This document shows, piece by piece, positions 26,201-38,271 of a DNA stretch of 64,000 nucleotides; within the stretch, counting starts at the first letter, position 1, and every line of letters starts with the position of its first letter. A program made the position numbers and the translations under genes. Under the pieces are notes generated by a model. It had not been told where the DNA came from and ran no database searches. It was given only the letters and a program-made list of their open reading frames with translations. This stretch comes from Takakia lepidozioides (taxonomy: Eukaryota; Plantae; Bryophyta), in assembly GCA_030704615.1 (NCBI GenBank), contig CM060733.1, positions 1,302,001 to 1,366,000 on the forward strand. Direction: 5' to 3'.

Positions 26201-26932
26201 ACACAACTTCGTGAAGCTCACGTTGAGCCTCAAAAAGGTTTTTGAACGAATTGGCGACTTGATTGGTCATGAGCTCGGACTCATCTGCATCGGGGAAAAG
26301 ACAAAGGTTTTTAGTCATGGAACGAGGTTTTTGAAAGTGCAAGGGTTACACTATGTAAGGGTTACACTGACTAGGACAAGACAGTGGTTCGGATTACACG
26401 ATGTGGGTTACACCACCCTGTTAGAGACAGTAGTTTGCAATGGGTTACACTACCATGGGTTACACTACTGAGATTACACAACGAGAGGGTAACAAATCTA
26501 GGGTAACACAGCGAGGGGTACCATTAGGGGTACACTGATTACAGGGTTACATACTCCGAGGGTTACACTGATTACAAGGTTACACACAACGAGGGTTACA
26601 CTGAGTTACAAGGTTCCACATAGCGAGGGTTACACTGATTACAGGGTTACACACAACGAGGGTTACACTGAGTTACAAGGTTCCACATAGCGAGGGTTAC
26701 AATGATTACAAGATTACACACAAAGGGGTTACACGACGAGAGGGGTGACAGTGGATGGAGTAACACTTACAGAGATACCAAGGCACTACAGACCCAAGGT
26801 CTCTCATATACTGGATGCCCAAACGCGCATTGAGGTCCATTTCTGTTGGTGATTCGCTAAAGAGGCCACAACACCAAAGCTGGATAAACGATTCTCTCTG
26901 TTGGATCGCAAAGTGATGGGCGGCGCGACGAC
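23266..26932 (-). pseudogene. 3' part of a transposon-borne Ulp1/C48 SUMO-protease-like gene with a long KGDT-repeat region
   Basis: C48 catalytic motifs DHWSVAVL, HLDS and QQRSCWECGYY (23330-23635), preceded by exon ..VDVVVIPIVFE. Upstream 26342-24327 is one reading frame interrupted by three TAG stops. A further exon lies at ~26770-26932. The 3' end appears lost at the piggyBac junction. Confidence 0.8.
26340..26765. repeat. GGGTTACAC minisatellite array (intron of the outer-element gene)
   Basis: Many GGGTTACAC/GGTTACAC units visible. The same motif occurs at 23695-23760, 39015-39210, 40395-40820 and 41380-42250. Confidence 0.85.
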
Positions 26933-27580
26933 AACGACGCAATGGCGTGAGCGTTGCACGTGAGCGCGCGAGCGTACGCTCACGCAGGAGTGACGTGGCG
27001 TGAGCGTACGCTCACGCCAGCTGACGTGGCGTGAGCCTGCACACATGCTGACGTGGCGTGAGCGTCATGTCAGCATGCTGATGTGGCGGTAAATGATGAC
27101 GTGGCACTGTCCGTCAACTGCCACGTCAGCATTAACATGCGCCGCCTATAACCGTGGATGGTCCTATGACCGTGGAATTAATGCAGGGAATCTTGCCTAA
27201 ATAGAATCAAGACGAGCGTTGAGGCCTACAATTGCAGCATCCAACATTGTGCAATTACAAATGTTTGTTTCACTTTTACAATTACGAAGACGACAAAATA
27301 TCCTCACAAAGTGTGCGCCATAAAGGCTGCCACGAGAAGACTTCCTCCCTCCTCAAATAACAATGAGAGTTATGATCATCTTCAAAAGATGATTGTAGTG
27401 CATAGCGCAGCAAGACATGTAGACTTCGAACGGTGCAATGACAAATGTGCACTACCTAAAAGTTGTCACTCAGACCTCACTCCGTATAGTTGGAGGCCAT
27501 ATCATTGCACAGCCGACGAATTGATGTGAATTACACATTTCAAATCATGGTCATCCACATACCACATTACATAGTTCATG

Positions 27581-30500
27581 CTACCCATGTGTTGTATCCC
27601 GCTGCAAAAGAGTATCGACCTCGTTGAAACTCATAGTGGCCTGGTGAATGAAGTTGTCACGTTTGGGATCGCAAACCATCCTCCTCAAAAATATGAAATA
27701 CAAATGTTTGCAGGGTATGAATTTACCTCTCTTGCCCAAACTGGTTGATAGCATATTCACAAAATCAGGACATGTGCAATTGGGGAAATTGGAAACCGTG
27801 ATGTCGTAGGTCCTGTCATGAACAGCAGATGTGGAAGTGATGATTGTGAATACCCGACCATATCCTGGATCGGGTACTTCCGTGGTGCTTCCGACACGAG
27901 CTTGGAGCATTCTTGCGGACTCCACTTTGCCAAAGTGTTCAGCGGTTGGAGGGAAACGCCGAACGAGCTTTCCATCTCGTTTGGTTGGCCACAAGTCAGG
28001 ATTTGCCGGGGGGACCCGGGAGGACGCAGGAGTAGTAGCACATGCATGGAGTTGGGGTTGTCTCGCAAGGGAAAAACCTGCCTCCTCCAGCATTTCAATC
28101 TCCTGAAAGCTGAGATGTGTTCCCACCTTCACGGGCCAAACGGTTGGAGGAGATGGCTTCATCACTACGGAAGGACGCACAGTTCCATGCACACATCTGG
28201 CACAATCATCTGCGCAGAACCAGAACTTGTGGTTCTTGGCTTCTGGTTGACCGTATGGACGCATCAAGCCCGTGAAAGTCGGAGCAGGAGTTCGGGCACC
28301 ACCTCTGGATATAGATGAAGTGCACTTCTCGAAATTAGTTGCCCTGATCGCTGTACATTTCACACGAGACCCGACACTTGTGCGTTCTATGTGCCAAACG
28401 TGGTCGGGGCATGCGGACTCAAGCACATCAAGGGGGTTGTTTCTCTCCTGCACCATTTCAGTGGCACGGTTTGATGCTGGAGCTTGCCGTCGTGTTGGAG
28501 GTTCCTCCACAATGGAGGTTCCGGACACGGAGCTGTCATGCAGGGGAACACGAGGCTTCGAGAAGTTATCACGGTCTGCCCTGTGGGAATCTGAATCCGA
28601 ACCAGGTGGAGTGTTCAATTTCCTCTTACAGGAGCCGAATCTCTCCTCCCCTTCAAGATGTGGAACTCTAGAAACAAGTGGCGTTCCCTGGGCATACATG
28701 CTCACCGCCCGTGCTATCTTGATTGGATCCCCAGATCTGTTTGCAGCACGCAACATCAACTCCGATTTGTCCGGACCCTTGCCACCAACCCCACCTCGTA
28801 AGAAATCACGGTATCGGGTTTGTTGTTGCAAGGCACGTATCAAATCATCTGTTGTTGCCACATACAAATCCCGACCTCGTTTCCCAGACTGCTGCAACCA
28901 TGCATTGTGCACAGTTTCTGCCAAATTGCAAGATGGCATGTCTGCCATTTCCTCAATGGACATGTTCTGCAAAGAGGATAACCACACTTCAGAATAGTGC
29001 ACAGGAAACAACATAAAGAAAGCAATGAGTCAAAAATATGGAAAGCAAATGTATGAATAAAGCATGAAATAGAAGCCTCGTACCATTGTCATGGCTGCTC
29101 CCCACTGTCTATACCGGAAGTGCCAAAACGCCAGCCAATCTTCCAATGCTCTCATACTCTCAAGTGATGCAGCTCCAGAAGAGAACCACCAGGCACGAAT
29201 TGTCTGGAACAAAGTGTCCGCCTCCTTCATTGTTCTAGCATCTTTGTACTCTTTGCACAATTTACGGTGCTGAGTCTGCATCTCTGGTTTGATGTCCGAC
29301 TTTGTATGTTTTTCCAGAGATTGTGTCCAATGGAATAGACATGTACGCTCTCTTCCTGGCATAGGCACTTTTGGGTCGCCCGATCCGAAGACAATACGAA
29401 TAGCATTGAAATTTGCTTGAGCACTATCCGCCATGAAACCTGCGAAATTTGGAGATGGCAGCCCATGGCAGCCCATGACACGTATCAGGGAATTCCACAT
29501 GAGCTTCTGGGATTCCGTATCCTCGGATTGCATGTCACAAACTGCAATTGTCATAACTCGTTGGTACACTGGATCGTAGACATGACAAGCCATTGTCGTC
29601 CAATCCTTCACTCGTTTCACATGATCAAACATAAGAAAACAGTTCTGCAAGTCCCCAGTCTTCTGCATCCGCTTCACGAGGCTAACCCCACTGCCCTCCC
29701 CAACAGTCGACATTTTGAAAAGAAAAACTTTGATGGCACCTTGACCTGGGAATACATTGTCCTGGATGTAATCGTACTTGCTCAGTCGTTTCAATTCCAA
29801 AATATTGTCTATGTAGCCTCTGATCCCAGAGCCCATTCTCAATGCATTGATCTGATGCCGAATGTTAGGTGAACTTAAAGTGGAGAAATGATCCATGACC
29901 AGGTCCAATGCTGCACCGTCAAGTTTAGTCCCCACAGAATCTCCTTCACTCAAAATATGGCTTTCCAAGAAGGACTTGCTTGCGCCAAGAGCAATTGCAG
30001 ATGTTGTTGCGGATGGGTTTCTCCCGAACTCCTGTTTGATCAACCTCGATACTGTCTCAACACTCTCCCTGTAATCCCCCTTCGAGACAGGATGGTTATG
30101 GAATCCAAAATGCACACAAGCTCTCGTCATTGTATTCAAACGGTGGACAACATAGTACATTCTTGCTCCGCAGAGCGCCAAGCAGGATGGCACAAGTTTG
30201 CAGAATTTGCAGACGAAAGTGTTTGCCGGTGGAGGGGCAGTCCCAGGCTGAAATGGATTCTCCGCCAGACCCTCCCATTCGCTTTGATTATGAACTCCAG
30301 ACTGAAGAAAGTGTCTGCAATTCAAATTATCACACCTAAGGTGTCCATTGCAAACTGTCCTCCTGAAAACAAGCTTGTCATCATTCTGAATATTGGATGT
30401 TTTTGTTCTGCACCACGGGTGCCCGTCGTGTTTCTTGTCCATTCCATGCATCATGATTGTTACACCTCCAACTCGCGGAGGAGGAGGCAGCTCGAATAGG

Positions 30501-31095
30501 ATATCGCCATCAAAAGTCTCGGCAAGAACTTCACAGGCACCTGCTTCAAAGATTCCCAATCAATTCCCCGCAACTCACTTTTGAATCCAGCCATTCCTCC
30601 CATCGCCCGCAATTTTGGAATGACACTACAAATCTCTTCTTCATCAGCTTCTGCAACCACAGTAGGAAGGACTGGATTTGGAATTTCACTTATGTCATCA
30701 TCGGAAGAATCCGAAAGCTCAACGATTGGAGTGGAGGAAGTCTGTTCTTTTTTCACCACCACCTCCCTCTTGTCTTCAACGACCGAAGCAGCAGTCCCGG
30801 GCGTCACATATGACCCAAGGGACTTTCGCCGAGGCTCTCCAAGTACTCTGTATCGACCAGGACGCACTCTCCACTGGCTGATATGAGCCGTCTCATCACG
30901 GTTTTGGAAAGAATATTTCACCAACTTCCCTTTCAGATCGTAAACCTCTTTCTCCAAAAAGATGGAGCCATTCTGCAGCTGAAAACGGGTAGCCAAGACA
31001 TGTTCCAGAACAATTGCAAATCCATTGTCAAGGACTTCCTGGGAGAACGGCACTGGTTTGTCGTCTGAGAAGAACTCCGCTTCAGAGGAAGCCAT
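27581..31095 (-). pseudogene. MULE transposase with GCM-like zinc DNA-binding domain, DDE core and SWIM finger; one intron (28967-29083), one frameshift (~30518)
   Basis: DGHPW..VCNGHLRC..C...CKFC..C..HFGFHNHP (GCM/WRKY-like); MULE core FLMFDHVKRV, FMADSAQAN, CLFHW (CxxH), NLAETVH; SWIM CTCPDF..PCKH. KFLP / TFDGDILFELPP are joined across a 1-nt shift. Confidence 0.88.
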
Positions 31096-32327
31096 CTTCC
31101 TTCCTCGAGTATGTTTGTACCTTGCTATCGCAGATCTAGTGTAAATCGGTTTACTGCTGTCTCCAGAACACAGTTGAAGAATGAGCAGAGCATATGGCGG
31201 AGGAAGCTCAGATAACGACTGTGCATATTCTGTTATTCATTCCAGATATGCAGCCGTCCATTTTAATTACTTTTCTTGTGGGCCCAGTGGTCAGAGAATC
31301 CATAGGGGCAGTGTCGGCAACTGTTAAACCGTTAATCAGAACCTCATCAATAAACCCAATAACAAAGCCGACTTCCTGGAAGCATGCCACAGGATCCGAG
31401 AATGGGATTGCAGATTAAGTAATGTATCTATATACTACTACCAATGATCATGCGCACCTGGAAAGTTCCAAATGTGCAACGAATGTGGGGTTTGGATAAC
31501 AAGGATGACCGTGTATGATATTCCAAAATTTGTCATCAAACTCTCGTTCATTTATATTTATTTGTTTAAGACTGCGCATCAATTTCTGGGATTCGCTGTT
31601 CTTTTTAAATATTGAACCAGTTATAATTTAGAACACGCCGTTTTGTTTTGGGCGGCACACGTCAGACATCCATAACTGAATACGAACAGCTGTACACCAA
31701 TTGCTGGCATGTGCACTAATAACGAAACGACTATGTGTAACGGTCACGCGGGAGGGAATCCGATGCTTCTAGAGACACGCAAGAACACAGGCAATCCCGC
31801 AAGAAATCGAGAGTCACTGCGTTTTTCTACTTTTCGCGCTTAGAGGGAGAGTGGTAGTCAAGCTGGAGAGGGTTCCTTCTAGAATACGAAAGAGAAGAAA
31901 GTCTCTTTATTTTACTTCCCTTAGAGAGAGACGCAGAGCAAGAGAGAAAATGACGAGGCGTCGTTTGTTGGAGAACACAGGGCCAAGGCAGCAGGTGAAC
32001 GCGGAGACTGATTCACAAGAGCAGACGGAGACTGAGGCAGCGGCTGCGACACAGTCGGCGATAAGAGTGCGCCAGCCTGTGGAGGCAGAGATGAATCGCA
32101 GGGACACTGAAGAAGGTGGAAGCACGCGGAACGCCGAACCTGAAGAAGGTCAAGAAACCTTGCGCAGACAGAAACTCCAGCAGATGTGAGAGGGAAGAGG
32201 AAAGCTGCAGAAGGGGATCAAATTTCAAAACCTAAGAAGGTGCCAGTAAGTTTTATCATATAGTCTGTGTGATTGCCTTTCAAGGAGTCCTTCCTCTTCC
32301 ATTCTTTAGCAGGAACTACTGAATCGC

Positions 32328-32644
32328 GAGCGTCGTTAACGCCATTCGATTCTGCTCATGAGATTTATGTACCTATGTGTTTGAAGAGAGAGTCTGCACT
32401 TACTATTCTCCCTAAACTACACTGAATGTCGTTGCCGCCAATCAGTTGCACATATATGTCATTACACAACACCGATCCGGCAGGTTGTTATCTTTTGTGA
32501 TTGTCGTTAACGCCGTTCGCTATCGCTCTCACTTTTGTTTTGAATACGGCAGTCTCGGCTTTGCATGTGTAGATTGTGCTGAATTCTTTCACACCATTCA
32601 TGGTGAGTTTCCTTGATACAGAGTGATTGTCGTTACCGCCATTC
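32328..32644. repeat. Four degenerate copies of a 20-bp palindrome in intron 1 of the ParB-MTase gene
   Basis: 32328 GAGCGTCGTTAACGCCATTC, 32424 GAATGTCGTTGCCGCCAATC, 32499 GATTGTCGTTAACGCCGTTC, 32625 GATTGTCGTTACCGCCATTC. Confidence 0.8.
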
Positions 32645-34518
32645 ACTATTTGCAAATCACTTAGTCAGAACTGAATGGCATCGTGCAGAAAACTGTGAGG
32701 TCGAAGCCTACAGGATCAGAGGGGAAAGGATCTGGAGATGGGGACGAGTCCGCAAAAAGCTCAGAGAATACAGATGAAGCAGATGAATCCGAAGTGCACT
32801 ACCTTGACAAGGTGAAAGAACTCATGTCATTCCAGAAGGTAAACTCTCAGGAGGTTATAAGGGACATGCTCGTATCTGGAGGGCGTCTGGACATACCTCT
32901 GTGCCGGATGATATCAATGCCTGTTGTGCGTCCACCTCTTTCCCATGACATAACAAAATTGGAGAGTGATTTTGTGCATGGATATAGACTTGGTGCACAA
33001 GTTTTTTATGTGTCACTGACGGATATAAATGGGAAAAGCACATTAGTTTCTCCAGAGATCAGTGATAACTGGGATGAGTGCTGGAAAGATGCCAATGAGG
33101 AGTTCGAGCTGGGCCTCATGATGGGAAAGAACACCCAGCAATTTTGCAACCACATGTTCTACGTCTGGGACGGCAACCACCGATTGCTGGCATGGATGGG
33201 ATACATTCAGAAACACCATTCGAAAGACAAAGACAAGCATGTTGCTGTGGAGGCAATGGTTTTGGATCCAGGAAACGACATCGCTAGGCTTCTTACAGCT
33301 ATGCACGACGTGAACAAGTAAGTCATCCAGGAGATTTGATTCCCTCTGTAGTGTCTTGTTGATCCTCAAAAAACAGTGTTAAGGAATGCAATGTTTTCAA
33401 TGTTTTTGCAGATCGACAGAGAAATCGCATGTGACAACAAGCTTGGTTCACACACTATTCCGAATTCAGAGGATTGGTCTGATGAAGCTGGATGATTTTC
33501 GGACAGTACTACCACCCAATATCATCAAGAAGTGCGAAACAGGAAGAGCTGCAGGCACTTGGTATTCTTTGACACGAGAGGCGTTTCTGGAGTACATGTA
33601 TGCGGTAAGCCCGAGTCTGTAATCTGTTTACTTTTCGAATACATGTTTAGAGTCCCTTCGGAGCTAATCACTACTTGAATGAATGCAGCAAGAACTGGCA
33701 GAGGCAGCTGAGAAGGGAAAATCCGAATATTACCGCACTACACCAGAGGAACTAAGGACATCAAAGGGTGTGGAAGCTGCAATAAAGAAGGAGTTTGAGA
33801 TGCGAAGAACCAAATTGATGTCAGCCTTCGGAAAGCAGCTTAGAATAGTAGATCCTGGACTTGGTCCTGAGTTCCTTCAGCAGATCAAAACACACTATGA
33901 CAAGCATGTGCATCCGGAGATGCAGCAGGAGAAATTGCACCGGCTGGCCATATCGATGGTCGACCCACAAACAAAAATAAGGTGGCTGGAGATATGGAAC
34001 TCAGATCAAACAGTAAAGGACTTGAATCAGTTCCCAAAGAGCACCATACAGCCTGGCACAAAGGTGGAAGGAATCAGTGATTTGGTGTTTGATAACTGGC
34101 TCCACAAGGCTACATTTTGGAGTCAGGTGTGTATTCGAACATGCTGTTTCTTCTCTTCAAGTATGTGATGTGTTTCTTTTTTGCAATTCTGACAAATATA
34201 CTATTTGCAGCTCGAAAAGCGCGCCGTCATTGTGCTGGATCAGACTTTGAAGGACCTGAACATTGCGATTGTTTCCCCTCCCCAAATGTCATTGGAGGCA
34301 TACATAAGGAAGTGGAGAGGTCTCACCTGGAGATACTGTTTTTTCCGGGAGTTCTCCAAAGATGGTAACATTTTACGGTCCAACGACTTTGACAGTCAGG
34401 TTGGAGGAGAGTGGGCCATGATGCGAGTTGTGTACAGGTGAAATGTCATACTTGAAACTCTACTGTTTTTTTGGGAAAAATTGTGGCTTCATATGGATTG
34501 CAATCTTAGATCCAGATT

Positions 34519-35239
34519 GAATGTCGTTGACGACATTCACTTCTTTGTCTGAGTCATTCTTAAGCGAGTATATGAATTCACCTGGTTAGGATCTAAGGGT
34601 GCAATTATATTGTCCCTGATTAGAATTGATAATGTCCTTGAATGGCGTTGACGACATTCACATACGGAGTTGTTGTGTGGTCCTCAAGGTTATTTAAATT
34701 TTTGTAATGTCCATAGAGGTTACAATGAGGGTTGATCACTTCATTTTGCTGAATGTCAATGCAGACATTCAGTTGTTCTGCATTGTTTTTTCCTCTTGCG
34801 ATGAATATGGAGGCTTGATAAGCTCTGTTTTAAGAAATCCAAAGTGAATGTCGTTGACGACATTCACAGCTGTGTCTGTATTATTCAAAACGACAAATTC
34901 AATTTTCATGGATTGGGGAGCTAAGTAATTGGTTTCTTTTTTGTATTTTTGTGAATGGCGTTGACGCCATTCACATACAGTGATGTTGTGAGGTCCTCAG
35001 TGATAGGTTCGTTATGAATGTGCATTGAGTTTTCCTGGATGGTTCCTTACTCAATTTTTTTATTTCCATCCTGTGATTTTGCTTCATTTCAGTAATAATT
35101 TGGCTTCATTCTTGAATGTCGTTGACGACATTCACTTCTATGTCTGTGTCATTTCTAATCGCTTATTTGCATTCACCTGGATTAGGATGTATTTACAGTG
35201 TCATGGAATGGAATGTTCTGAATGGCGTTGACGACATTC
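34519..35239. repeat. Seven spaced copies of the palindrome GAATG(T/G)CGT-TG-ACG(A/C)CATTC in intron 5 of the ParB-MTase gene
   Basis: Starts at 34519, 34640, 34751 (variant core), 34846, 34953, 35114, 35220; start-to-start spacing 95-161 bp. Confidence 0.92.
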
Positions 35240-38200
35240 ATATCTGGAGCAGTAGTGTGGTCCTGAAAGGTCCTTGGAGCAGTTGTCAGAGCCATTTCAA
35301 TCCATGTTTTATTCTTTCTGTTCTACTTGCATCTTACTCACTGAGCGCTTTTGTGGGTTGGGATTCATCTCCTTTTTTCAGGTACACGAAATATGTGCTT
35401 ATGGAAGGAAATCACCTGAGCGGAATTCCCGACTATCTTGACATGTGGTCGGACCCTGCAAACGATCCAACCATGTATACTGCAGGGATATTGAAGGACT
35501 GGAGTCCTTCTCACTTCAGAGACTGTGGGTGGTACCTTGACTGCCCACCTGAGCACACGACCTTTCAAGAACACATATGAAATACTTGAACAATAACGCT
35601 GAGATGCTGGCGCCTTTGACTGACGAAGAGTATCAACGAAACATAGCAACCTTGGCTGCCAAGGAGCCTGATGCTCAGGGAACGCCGCAGAAGGGAAAGA
35701 AGGCGGGCCGCAAACCAAAAGACAAGGCTGTTGATGTCATAGCCATCTCACCAGCAAAGCCAAAGGACAAAGACAAGTCCAAAGAGAAGGAAAAGGACAA
35801 GGGGAAGGAGAATGAAAAGGAGATGGAGAGTGGGCAGGACTTTAGTGCTGGAAGATATACCCGCACTCTTCAGTGCGTGTTCGATGCCAAGCCACACCCT
35901 TCCCGTTCTGATTCAGCAGGAGAGATGAAAATTGTTAATGAGGGTTGGCTTTCGATGATGCAGAGTCGAAAGAGAGGATACACTGGGGTGCCATCCCCTA
36001 CCTGGGACAATATAATCTCATTCCTCAATCTGGTGAGAATTCCACTTTCTTTCCTTTTTCTCTGAATGTTTCGTTGGCAGTATTTCAGTCTCGTTCTTTG
36101 AAAACATTCTTGCCATCGTTCTTATAAAAAACATGTCTGTTGCAGGTGAGCACAGGTCCCACCTTCGTGTGCGGTGTGCAGAAAACTTATGCGGCCGACA
36201 TTGTCATTCTCGACATCCCGGATGGCCAGGCTGTGCCAGAAGTTCTTCCAAAGGGCAAGACGCCAGGGTGGAACAAATTCGAGGACAACTACTGGAGTTG
36301 GGTATTCGGGTTCTGTAACAATTTCCTCTCTGATGCAGGGACACTTCTGTTTTTCAGTCATGTGACAATGATAGTCGTCGGGCATTGGCATCATACCTCA
36401 AGTCTTCAGGGTTTGAAGTTTTGCGCACATGGAATTGTGTGAACAGCCTCTACCTTGTGAAAGGGGGTTTCCCTGGTCAGCTGGTATGCCGTCTGCCTTC
36501 TGCTTATGCTTTGATCATGAGTTTCAATTTTCTCTGCAGCTCCACTCTAGTAGAATGTTTTATGATCGACACCGATCATCAACGATTCATGGTTTTTTGG
36601 TGTCAGAGTTCTGAATAGCCGATGTACACACTTCCACTTTAGATTGTGTTTACCACACTAACCTGCTATCTTTGGCAGACGAGGATGTTCGAGGCGATCT
36701 GCCTGCGGAGGATTCGCACATCAAAGACACCATCCTCCATCCGCAGCTTTGAGATTTCTGACCAGGGTTGTTTCGTCAACCCCCCCTATGAGCCCCATGT
36801 CGATGACATTTTGTACAACTTCATGCAGTCCAGTCAGACTCTGAAGAGACCAGATGGCACTCCCTGGAGAGGTGCAAAGGAAAAGTCACCAGCATTCATG
36901 CAAATACTGCTGGAGTCATGCAGCCACCGCTCTGCACGGGTGGTCGATCTTTCTGTGTCCACAGGTTCGTTTTCTCCCTTCCGAATTGGTTTCCTTTCAA
37001 CAGTTTCATCTGCTTAAATCCCCTCCTCCAAACTGCTTATGTTCTCATGTCTGGTGCAGGAGCAACTTACCACGCATGCAAGGCAGGCGGAAGAAGCCTT
37101 TTTGGTATGGAGGGTGATTATGACCTCTACAACACAGTGCTCCTCCCCCTTTTGTCTGGCTCCACTTCAGGCACACAGACTGATCGGATTCATATTCGAA
37201 ATGATGACGATCCCGAAGATAAGCAGGTCGACAACGACTTTTCATGTGAGTAAGTGCTAAACCCTCTTTGGGAGTCATACTCAATTTCTCGATAACATCA
37301 AAGTTACAGTAATAACTTTTTCAGGCTGTCTTTCAGGAAAGCCAGCGGTGGATCTTCAGGAGATACAGTCATTTCTGGCGAGTCTGTTTTCGACAGCCCC
37401 CTTTCCAATTTTCTGCTCCCTGTTTATGCCAAAGCAATGGCACTTCACGCGTCCGAGTCCCTATCCCCTGACTTTTTAGTGGCCAGCCGTAGGTGTATCC
37501 AGCGTGGATCCGGTGTTCTAAAATACTTAGACTTATATGCAGAGGAAGAGGGGATACATTGTACTGACTCTGAGTCAGACTGAACTGTATTCTTTTAATA
37601 TTCATTTTCATATTATCTGGAAAACGTTGAATCCCCTTACTCTACCGTAGTTGTTCCTTTAGAACAAATAATAATCACAGAATCAACTTTCGTTTAAATT
37701 GCTATATGTATGAATCCATCTCACAAACCTTCCTGACTCTTCTCATATCCATTGTGCATTCATCTACACTGTATTCATGCGTGCTCCATTCATGAAAGCT
37801 TCCTTTGTACAACATCCATTGTACATTCATCCTCTGTACTCTTTAATCCACCCCACAAACCTTCCACACTCATTTCATATACTTTGTGCATTCGTCAAAA
37901 GATTTGGTCATGCATCTTCCTGTCATGAATTTTTGTCATTGCTCAACATCCATTATACATTCATCCATTTTACTCTTATCCATCCGTCATTCATCCATCT
38001 ACATAGATTTTTCAAACTCATCCATCTGTTTATCATCCAACTGTACATTCATCCATCATTTATTCAATGCCTTTTATTATGTCGTCCAGCTTGTTTCCGC
38101 GGTAAAGGGTGCCAATCCGCGGGAATACACTCCACTTCTTTCTGGGTGCGTGGTGACTCGGCCTCCACGTGTGATGACGTGGACTGAGCCCCGTGACGTG

Positions 38201-38271
38201 GCATTTGCGCAAGGTGACGTGGCGTGAGCGCTCACGCGCTCACGTGACCAGGCTCACGCCGAGGCATCCCT

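Larger units (their letters stand above)
31950..37253 (+). pseudogene. Spliced ParB/Srx-like domain + beta-class N4-cytosine/N6-adenine DNA methyltransferase-like gene (~9 exons, 3 frameshifts)
   Basis: Exons approx. 31950-32246, 32689-33317, 33412-33604, 33689-34126, 34211-34437, 35382-36032, 36146-36483, 36679-36964, 37060-37253, with GT-AG junctions in phase. ParB/Srx motif FYVWDGNHRLLAW. MTase motif IV-like ADIVILDIPDG precedes motif X-I-like KEKSPAFMQILLESCSHRSARVVDLSVSTGATYHACKAGGRSLFGMEGD. Frameshifts at ~32158, ~35576, ~36352. Confidence 0.8.
26933..38271. mobile_element. Mutator-like (MULE) DNA transposon, 11,339 bp, carrying a transposase and a ParB-methyltransferase gene
   Basis: Flanked by the 11-bp direct repeat GGCGCGACGAC (26922-26932, 38272-38282). 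Imperfect ~45-bp TIRs are in register with it (left aacgacgcaatGGCGTGAGCgttgCACGTGAGCGCGcGAGCG; right revcomp agggatgcctcGGCGTGAGCctggtCACGTGAGCGCGtGAGCG). Encodes a MULE transposase. Confidence 0.85.

Noticed and set aside
34519-35239. CRISPR array interpretation of the spaced palindromes
   Set aside because: Eukaryotic intron, no cas genes, spacers 75-140 bp of uneven length and related to each other rather than unique.
31950-37253. Bacterial contamination or prophage as source of the ParB-MTase
   Set aside because: Gene has multiple in-phase GT-AG introns and sits inside a TSD-bounded eukaryotic transposon among plant genes.
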